Part shown: piece after piece, positions 57,120 through 64,000 of the stretch | Position numbering within the stretch: the stretch's first letter is position 1 | Layout of the letters: every line of letters begins with the position of its first letter | Origin: an uncultured beta proteobacterium | Lineage (GTDB): Bacteria > Pseudomonadota > Gammaproteobacteria > Burkholderiales > Casimicrobiaceae | NCBI GenBank assembly: GCA_963705175.1 | Contig: CAVPJE010000009.1 | Span: 63,045-127,044, forward strand | Length of the DNA stretch: 64,000 nt | Direction: 5' to 3' | Notes under the pieces: generated by a model | Databases searched by the model: none | What the model saw: the letters and a program-made list of their open reading frames with translations, nothing else | Told to the model about the DNA's origin: nothing | Program-made: the position numbers and the translations under genes

Positions 57120-57223
57120 CAGGGATCAGGGATCAGGCATCGGGGGTCAGACCGAGTCGGGCGCGCCCCTATAATTGGCGAGCCGAGTCGACTGATCCCT
57201 GATCCCTGATCCCTGATCCCCGA
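57120..57223. repeat. Inverted pair of GGGATCA/TGATCCC heptamer arrays flanking a TATAAT box
   Basis: Left arm 57120-57150; right arm (CTGATCC)x4 57192-57223; TATAAT 57170-57175. Confidence 0.8.
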
Positions 57224-58240
57224 ATGCTGATCCCGACCACGATCGCCGGCAGCCTGCCGAAACCCGCGTGGCTCGCCGAGCCCGGCGCGCTCTGGGCGCC
57301 GTGGAAGCTCGACGGCGAGGCGCTCGCGCAGGGCAAGCGCGACGCGGTGCGGCTCGCGCTCTTCGAGCAGGAGCACGCAGGCATCGACATCGTCACCGAC
57401 GGCGAGCAGACGCGGCGCCACTTCGTGACCACGTTCATCGAGGGTCTGGAAGGCGTCGACTTCGAGCACCGGAGGACGGTGCGCATCCGCAACCGCTACG
57501 ACGCCGACGTGCCCGTGGTCGTGGGACCGGTCGCGCGCCGCCACCCCATCTACGTCGACGACGCCGCGTTCCTGCGCGCCGAGACCGGCCGGCGCGTCAA
57601 GTACACGCTGCCCGGCCCGATGACGATGGTGGACACGCTCTACGACGCGCACTACCGTAGCCGCGAGAAGCTCGCCTTGGCGTTCGCGGAGATCCTGAAC
57701 GAGGAGGCGCGGGCCATCGAGGCGACGGGCGTCGACGTGATCCAGTTCGACGAGCCGGCGTTCAACGTCTACTTCGACGAGGTGCGCGACTGGGGCGTGC
57801 GCACCCTCGAGCGCGCCGCACAGGGGCTCTCGTGCAGGACCGCGGTGCACATCTGCTACGGCTACGGCATCAAGGCCAACGTCGAATGGAAGAAGACGCT
57901 GGGATCGGAGTGGCGGCAGTACGAGGAGACGTTTCCGCTCCTGGCCCGCTCCCGCATCGACCAGGTCTCCCTCGAATGCGCGAACTCCCGGGTGCCGATC
58001 GACCTGATCGCGATCCTCGAGGGCAAGGACGTGCTGGTCGGCGCGATCGACGTCGCGAGCGACCGGGTGGAGTCCCCCGAGGACGTCGCCGCCACGCTGC
58101 GCCAGGCGCTCCGGTTCGCGCCCGCGGCCCGGGTCCAGGCCTGCACCAACTGCGGCATGGTGCCGCTGACCCGGGAGGTGACCCGGGGCAAGCTGCGGGC
58201 GCTCGCTGCCGGCGCGGCGCTGGTCCGGGCGGAACTCTGA
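57224..58240 (+). CDS. Cobalamin-independent core methionine synthase (MetE C-terminal barrel only; MesD-like)
   Basis: AGSLPKP.WLA, DGEQ.R.HFV, QFDEP, Zn ligands HIC, E, NCG; 338 aa. Confidence 0.85.
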   Translation: MLIPTTIAGSLPKPAWLAEPGALWAPWKLDGEALAQGKRDAVRLALFEQEHAGIDIVTDGEQTRRHFVTTFIEGLEGVDFEHRRTVRIRNRYDADVPVVVGPVARRHPIYVDDAAFLRAETGRRVKYTLPGPMTMVDTLYDAHYRSREKLALAFAEILNEEARAIEATGVDVIQFDEPAFNVYFDEVRDWGVRTLERAAQGLSCRTAVHICYGYGIKANVEWKKTLGSEWRQYEETFPLLARSRIDQVSLECANSRVPIDLIAILEGKDVLVGAIDVASDRVESPEDVAATLRQALRFAPAARVQACTNCGMVPLTREVTRGKLRALAAGAALVRAEL

Positions 58241-58302
58241 GACACGGCCTGCGCACCGGCGCGCGGCAACCGCGCCGCGCCAGACAGCACGTCCGCGCCC
58301 GA

Positions 58303-58332
58303 TTGTCAAGCGAATTCTCGCGCTGCTATACT
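58303..58332 (+). promoter_or_regulatory. cspA promoter candidate
   Basis: TTGTCA-N18-TATACT with extended -10 TG; implies ~165-nt 5'UTR. Confidence 0.6.
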
Positions 58333-58502
58333 CCCCGCCGTTGTTTGCAGTTTCAAGCGACGAAGCACACGTGCCGGGGCGGCTCCACTTTCGCCTCCGC
58401 CGTCCCGCGCCGACCCGCCGACCTTGAGATTGGAACACCGCGCCGGGCGTTCCCGCCCGGTGATGCACGAACTTCTCTTCAACAGTCTCGAGGACAGACG
58501 TC

Positions 58503-58706
58503 ATGGCTACCGGCACGGTCAAGTGGTTCAACGACGCGAAGGGTTTCGGCTTCATCAAGCCCGATGACGGCGGCGAGGACCTCTTCGCGCACTTCACCGC
58601 GATCAAGGGTCAGGGCTTCCGTACGCTGAAGGAGGGCCAGAAGGTCTCCTTCGAGGTGACGAGCGGCCCGAAGGGCAAGCAGGCGAGCAACATCCAGGCG
58701 GTCTGA
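58503..58706 (+). CDS. cspA: Cold-shock protein
   Basis: [20 protein letters not shown]. Confidence 0.96.
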   Translation: MATGTVKWFNDAKGFGFIKPDDGGEDLFAHFTAIKGQGFRTLKEGQKVSFEVTSGPKGKQASNIQAV

Positions 58707-58735
58707 CGCGCGACGCCTGTTCCGCGCGCAGGGAC

Positions 58736-58762
58736 GAAAGGCCGGGCACCGCCCGGCCTTTC
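58736..58762 (+). terminator. Hairpin terminator after csp gene
   Basis: GAAAGGCCGGGC-acc-GCCCGGCCTTTC. Confidence 0.7.
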
Positions 58763-58848
58763 CCATTGCGGCACCCGCCGCGCGCATGCGTCAGTTCCGC
58801 ACCCCTCCCGGCAGGTCCGCAACAATCCTGCCGCGAACAACGCGCAGG

Positions 58849-58862
58849 TTGATCCACGGCAA
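58849..58862. promoter_or_regulatory. FNR/CRP-family box candidate upstream of nuoA
   Basis: TTGAT-ccac-GGCAA (8/10 to TTGAT-N4-ATCAA); -10-like TAGTCT at 58887. Confidence 0.45.
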
Positions 58863-59089
58863 GACCGGATGCCACGCGCGGCGCTCTAGTCTTGCCCGAA
58901 CCGCGACCCGGTGCCAAGGGGAGCGAGCGCACAAGACAGCGACGGGACCCGCACGAGGGCCCGCCAGGAGGCCAAAGCGTGAAGCGTACCCGCCCGTCCA
59001 TGGGTCGTCGCCCGGCGTTCCTTCACGCGCCCGTTCGCCTGCCCGTTCGCCCTGACGCCGCCGCAGCCGCCCGATCCCGAGCCCCCGCG

Positions 59090-59455
59090 ATGAGCCCGTA
59101 CGTCGTCTTCCTGCTGTACATGCTGGCGATCCTGGGCTTCGTCGCGACGACGCTGCTGATGAACAAGCTGCTCGGGCCCAAGCCGGCCTACACCGAGACC
59201 AAGCTCGAGCCCTTCGAGTGCGGCGCCACCCCCGTCGACCGGCTGAACGTCAAGGCGGTGCCGATCAAGTACTACGCGGTCGCGATCGTCTTCATCCTGT
59301 TCGACCTCGAGACAGTGTTCCTGTTCATCTGGGCGCTCGGGGCGCAGCCGGTGACCACGTTCATGCTGGCCACGTTCACCATCTTCATGGTGCTGCTGGT
59401 GCTGATCGTGCTCTACGTCTACCGCGCGCGCCTGCTCGAGGCGGTCACCGAGTAG
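59090..59455 (+). CDS. nuoA: NADH-quinone oxidoreductase subunit A
   Basis: [15 protein letters not shown], three TMs. Confidence 0.92.
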   Translation: MSPYVVFLLYMLAILGFVATTLLMNKLLGPKPAYTETKLEPFECGATPVDRLNVKAVPIKYYAVAIVFILFDLETVFLFIWALGAQPVTTFMLATFTIFMVLLVLIVLYVYRARLLEAVTE

Positions 59456-59459
59456 CGCC

Positions 59460-59982
59460 ATGCACGACCGCGCCAGCACGATCCCGATCGTCCCGTCCTC
59501 GACGCGCAATCCGGCGCTCGAGTACATGACGACCAAGAAGGACGAGTTCATCGGCTGGGCGCGCAAGTTCTCGCTGTTCCCGTACCCCTTCGTCACCGCC
59601 TGCTGCGCGATGGAGTTCATGGCGGTCTCCTCGACGCCCTACGACACCGACCGCTTCGGCGCCGCGCTGCCGCGGTTCTCGCCCCGCCAGTCGGACCTGC
59701 TGATGGTCGTCGGCACCGTGACCCACAAGCAGGCGCCGATCCTGCGCAAGGTCTACGAGCAGATGTGCGAGCCGAAGTGGGTGATGGCCTTCGGTGCGTG
59801 CGCCACCTCGGGCGGCTTCTACCAGAACTACGCCGCGGTGGCCGGCATCGACCGCATCGTGCCGGTGGACGTCTACGTGCCCGGCTGCCCGCCGCGGCCC
59901 GAGACGGTGATCGACGCGATCATGCAACTGCAGGACCGCATCGCGCGGCAGCGAGCACCCGATCGTGACGAGGAACTTCTGA
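59460..59982 (+). CDS. nuoB: NADH-quinone oxidoreductase subunit B; 3' end inferred across probable indel near 59950
   Basis: [29 protein letters not shown]. Confidence 0.92.
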
Positions 59983-59984
59983 CC

Positions 59985-60471
59985 GTGGAGCCCGCGGTCT
60001 TCGCCGACCTGCGCGCACGCCTGCCCGGCGGCGGCCGCCGCGGGCGTGGCGCACGGCGTGCTGGTGCTGGAGCTCGGCCGCGACCACGTCGTGCCGGTGA
60101 TGCGCGCGCTCAAGGACGACTTCGCCTTCGACATGCTGCTCGACGTCACCGCCGTCGACTGGCTGCCGAGGACGCCCCGCTTCGAGGTGGTCTGGCACGT
60201 CTACTCGACGACGCACAAGGCGCGGGTGCGGGTGAAGACCCGCGTCGACGAGGGCGACGCCGCCGTCGACACGCTGGCCCCGCTCTACAACGCGGCGCGC
60301 TACGCGGAGCGCGAGTGCCACGACATGTACGGCATCCGCTTCCGCGGCAACGACGACCTGCGCGCGCTGCTGCTCTACGAGGGCTTCGTCGGCCACCCGC
60401 TGCGCAAGGACTATCCGAAGGATGGCGAGCAGCCGCTGATCCCGATGCGCGACCCGGCGAGGCCCGCGTGA
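59985..60471 (+). CDS. nuoC: NADH-quinone oxidoreductase subunit C; frameshift near 60040
   Basis: [27 protein letters not shown]. Confidence 0.9.
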
Positions 60472-61694
60472 ACGCCCCCTACGACGCCCCGCTGCCGAAC
60501 CCCGTCCGCCCGGCCTTCGACACCGCGGCCGAGGGGCGGATGATCGTCAACATCGGCCCGTCGCACCCCGCGACGCACGGCACGATCCAGATCATCGCCG
60601 AGCTCGACGGCGAGAAGGTGATCCGCGCCGACGTCCACTGCGGCTACCTGCACCGCGGCTTCGAGAAGGAGTGCGAGAGCCACACCTGGCACAACCTGAT
60701 CCCCTACGTCGACCGCCTGAACTACTGCTCGGCGCTGATCAACGACTTCGCCTACTGCGAGGCGGTCGAGAAGCTGATGGGGATCGAGATCACGCCGCGC
60801 TGCAAGTACCTGCGCACGCTGCTCTCCGAGTACTCGCGCCTCGCCGACCACCTGACCTGCGTCGCGGCCGGCCTGATGGAGCTGGGCGCGATGACCGCCT
60901 TCCTCTACCTGGTGATGATGCGCGACTGGATCTACGAGCACCTCGCGGATCTCACCGGCGCCCGCGTCACCTACTCGTACGGGCGCATCGGCGGCCTCGC
61001 CCGCGATCTGCCCGCCAATTGGCTCGCGCGACTCGAGGAGATCCTCGGCCGCTACCACGAGTTCGTCGGCCGCGTACACGGACTGGTCGACCGCAACCGC
61101 ATCTTCATCGACCGCATGCGCGACGTCGGCGTGCTGACCACCGCCGACGCGATCGACTGGGGCTACACCGGCCCGATCCTGCGCTCGACCGGCGTGCCCC
61201 GCGACCTGCGCAAGGACACGCCCTACCTCGCCTACGCCGAGCTCGACTTCGAGGTGCCGGTGGGCATCAAGGGCGACAACTACGACCGTTACTTCGTGCG
61301 GATGTGCGAGATGGACGAGTCGGTGCACATGATCCGCCAGCTGGCCGAGATGCTTCCCGAGGGCCCGATCAACGTCGACGACCGCCGCTGCACGTTCCCC
61401 GAAAAGGACCTCGTCTACGGCGAGATCGAGTCGCTGATCAATCACTTCAAGCTGGTGATCGACGGCCCGCGCGTGCCGGCGGGCGAGGTCTACTCTGCGC
61501 ACGAGTCGCCGAACGGCGAGCTCGGCTTCTACCTCGTCTCGATCGGCGAGGGCGTGCCGTGGAAGGTCCACGTGCGCGCGCCGTCGTTCGTGCACATGGG
61601 CGGCGTGCACACGATGCTCGAGGGCTACCAGCTCGCCGACATCGTGCCCACGTTCGGGTCGGTCAACATGATCGGCGGCGAGTGTGACAGATGA
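60468..61694 (+). CDS. nuoD: NADH-quinone oxidoreductase subunit D
   Basis: [23 protein letters not shown], ends GECDR. Confidence 0.94.
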   Translation: MNAPYDAPLPNPVRPAFDTAAEGRMIVNIGPSHPATHGTIQIIAELDGEKVIRADVHCGYLHRGFEKECESHTWHNLIPYVDRLNYCSALINDFAYCEAVEKLMGIEITPRCKYLRTLLSEYSRLADHLTCVAAGLMELGAMTAFLYLVMMRDWIYEHLADLTGARVTYSYGRIGGLARDLPANWLARLEEILGRYHEFVGRVHGLVDRNRIFIDRMRDVGVLTTADAIDWGYTGPILRSTGVPRDLRKDTPYLAYAELDFEVPVGIKGDNYDRYFVRMCEMDESVHMIRQLAEMLPEGPINVDDRRCTFPEKDLVYGEIESLINHFKLVIDGPRVPAGEVYSAHESPNGELGFYLVSIGEGVPWKVHVRAPSFVHMGGVHTMLEGYQLADIVPTFGSVNMIGGECDR

Positions 61695-61717
61695 GCGACC
61701 GCTGAGCGACCGCTAGC

Positions 61718-62182
61718 ATGAAGCACCTGATCCCGGAATTCGAGCGCATCAAGGCCCGCTACCCGGCGGGCTGCCTGTCCTCGCTCGTGCTGCCGTGCCT
61801 GCGGCGCATCCAAGAAGACCGCGGCTTCGTCGCCGACAGCGACGTCGACGACCTCGTCGCGTGGCTCGGCGTGCCACGCATCCAGGTCGAGGAGGTCCTC
61901 TCCTACTACACGCAGTTCCGGCGCAAGCCGATCGGCCGCTGGCACGTCCAGGCCTGCCGCAACGTCTCCTGCTCGATGCGCGGCGCGGAGCGACTGATCG
62001 ACCACCTGTCGGGGCGGCTCGGCGTGAAGCCCGGCGAGACGACCGCGGACGGGCGGTACACGCTGTCCACCGTCGAGTGCCTGGGCTCGTGCGGCACGGC
62101 GCCGGTGGTCGTGGTCAACGAGACATATCACGAGGACATGAGCGCCGAGAAGGTCGACCGGCTGCTGGAGGGCCTGGAGTAA
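61718..62182 (+). CDS. nuoE: NADH-quinone oxidoreductase subunit E
   Basis: CRNVSC...ECLGSC 2Fe-2S ligands. Confidence 0.92.
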   Translation: MKHLIPEFERIKARYPAGCLSSLVLPCLRRIQEDRGFVADSDVDDLVAWLGVPRIQVEEVLSYYTQFRRKPIGRWHVQACRNVSCSMRGAERLIDHLSGRLGVKPGETTADGRYTLSTVECLGSCGTAPVVVVNETYHEDMSAEKVDRLLEGLE

Positions 62183-63481
62183 TGCCCGGCCGCCAGCTCC
62201 TGATGACGTTCCCGGTGACGGCGACGTCGCACACGCTCGCCGACTACCGCGCGCGCGGCGGCTACGGCACGCTGGACATGGTCCTGCGCACGATGAAGCC
62301 CGAGCAGGTAACCAAGGAGGTCGCCGCGTCGGGCATCCTCGGCCACGGCGGCGCCGCGTTCCCCGCCGGCCGCAAGTGGCAGGTCGTGCACCTCGACGAC
62401 GGTCAGCCGCACTACCTGTGCGCCAACGCCGACGAGGGCGAGCCGGGCACCTTCAAGGACCGCTGGATTCTCGAGAACGCCCCGCACCTCCTCGTCGAGT
62501 CGATGACGATCGCCGCCTACGCGCTGCAGGTGAGGAACGCGTTCGTCTACATCCGCGGCGAGTTCGACCTGCCCTACCGGCGCCTCGCCGGCGCGATCGA
62601 CGAGGCCTACGACGCCGGGCTCCTCGGCGAGCGGATCATGGGGACGGACTTCGCGCTCGACCTGGTCGCGCATCGCGGCGCTGGCTCGTACGTCTGCGGC
62701 GAGGCCTCCGGGCTCCTCACCTCGCTCGAGGGCAGGAAGGGCTACCCGCGCAACCGCCCGCCGCGGCTCACGGTGCGCGGGCTCTACCAGCGCCCGACGG
62801 TGGTGAACAACGTCGAGACGCTGTCGAACCTCGCCGGGATCATCGCGATGGGCGCCGAGGCATTCAGAGAAGATCGGCACCGCGAAGAGCCCCGGCACGC
62901 AGCTCGTCTCGATCTCGGGCCACGTGAGCCGCCCGGGCGTCTACGAGGTCGAGTTCGGCTACCCGGTCGCGAAGTTCATCTACGAGGACTGCGGCGGCGT
63001 GCTGGGCGGCGCCAAGCTGAAGTGCATCGTCCCCGGCGGCATCTCGACCAAGGTGCTCACCGCCCCCGAGATCGAGCCCGTCACCTACGACCACGCGTCG
63101 TTCCAGAAGGCGGGCTCCGGGCTCGGCTCGGGCGGCATGATCGTCATCGCCGAGGGCACGTGCATGGTGCGCCTGCTGCAGGTGATGCTGCGCTTCTATC
63201 ACCACGAGTCCTGCGGCCAGTGCACGCCCTGCCGCGAGGGCATGGGGTGGATGCACCAGATCATCGACCGCATCGTCGCCGGCGACGGCCGCCCCGGCGA
63301 CATCGACCGGCTGATCGAGATCTCCGAGGCCAACGACGGCACGACGATCTGCGGCATGGGCGACGCCGCCGGCTACGCGACGGTCGGCATCCTCGCCAAG
63401 TACCGCGACGAGTTCGAGTACTGCGTCGAGCACAAGCGCTCGCGCTTCGACGGCCGACTCGAGGTGCCGCTCCATGCCTGA
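62182..63481 (+). CDS. nuoF: NADH-quinone oxidoreductase subunit F; frameshift near 62868
   Basis: NADEGEPGTFKD, VNNVET, ESCGQCTPCREG. Confidence 0.92.
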
Positions 63482-64000
63482 GATCTTCATCAACGGCGTG
63501 CCGGTCGAGGCCCGCGAGGGCGCGACGGTCCTCGAGACCGCGCTCGAGCACGGCTTCTACATCCCGTACTTCTGCTGGCACAAGAACCTGTCGGTCGCCG
63601 GCAACTGTCGCCTGTGCATGGTCGAGGTCGAGGCGGAGAGCGGCGGGTGGATGGACATCGCCTGCAACATGCCCGCCACCAAGGGCCTGCGCGTGCTGAC
63701 CGACTCCGACAAGGTCAAGGCGCGGCGCAAGACGATGCTGGAGCTGGTGCTGAAGAACCACCCGGTCGACTGCGGCGTCTGCGACAAGGCCGGCGAGTGC
63801 ATGTTGCAGGACTACCACTACGCGTACAACGGCGCGCCGTCGGTGTCGACGGTGCCGAAGGTCCGCGCCACCAAGTTCCACGAGCTGTCGAAGCGCATCC
63901 TGCTCGACAACGAGCGCTGCGTGCTGTGCTCGCGCTGCGTGCGCTTCACCCGCGAGATCTCGAAGTCGCACGCGCTCGGCATCGTCGACCGCGGCGACCA
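63474..64000 (+). CDS. nuoG: NADH-quinone oxidoreductase subunit G, 3'-partial
   Basis: Hand translation: IPYFCWH, GNCRLCMVE, NHPVDCGVCDKAGEC, RCVLCSRCVRF. Confidence 0.92.
   Translation, partial: MPEIFINGVPVEAREGATVLETALEHGFYIPYFCWHKNLSVAGNCRLCMVEVEAESGGWMDIACNMPATKGLRVLTDSDKVKARRKTMLELVLKNHPVDCGVCDKAGECMLQDYHYAYNGAPSVSTVPKVRATKFHELSKRILLDNERCVLCSRCVRFTREISKSHALGIVDRGD

Noticed and set aside
57120-57223. Possible CRISPR array
   Set aside because: 7-bp units without spacers; no cas genes
59460-61694. Apparent NuoB-NuoD fusion (744 aa)
   Set aside because: The middle is out-of-frame nuoC, which has its own stop overlapping the nuoD GTG; a real B-C fusion cannot be excluded without reads

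Overview
High-GC (roughly 70% by eye) betaproteobacterial chromosome segment, mostly housekeeping. It carries a peptide ABC transporter end, groES/groEL with a perfect CIRCE, polA, thrB, uvrD, argA, yqgE-ruvX-pyrR-pyrB-pyrC', phoD, photolyase, nupC, an EF-G paralog, the pilGHIJ-chpA cluster, ilvA, ppx/sixA/ppk1, dnaQ, a Ser/Thr kinase-PP2C pair, yicC-gmk-rpoZ-spoT, grxD, a core methionine synthase, cspA, and the start of a divergent nuo operon. Many genes carry single-base frameshifts, most likely uncorrected long-read errors, so apparent gene fusions are treated as artefacts. No rRNA, tRNA, CRISPR array or transposase was seen. Main observations: (1) a two-gene island (16220-18765) whose first gene has an INTERNAL PEP-CTERM signal followed directly by a second signal peptide, suggesting one gene giving two exported proteins, coupled to a PA-domain zinc peptidase; (2) the same sigma54 promoter plus upstream box, at 67 versus 68 bp spacing, precedes both this island and the kinase/PP2C operon; (3) heptamer arrays abut the start codons of three unrelated genes; (4) a divergent complex I with altered NuoF motifs behind an FNR-like box. 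All calls come from reading the sequence; no searches were run.
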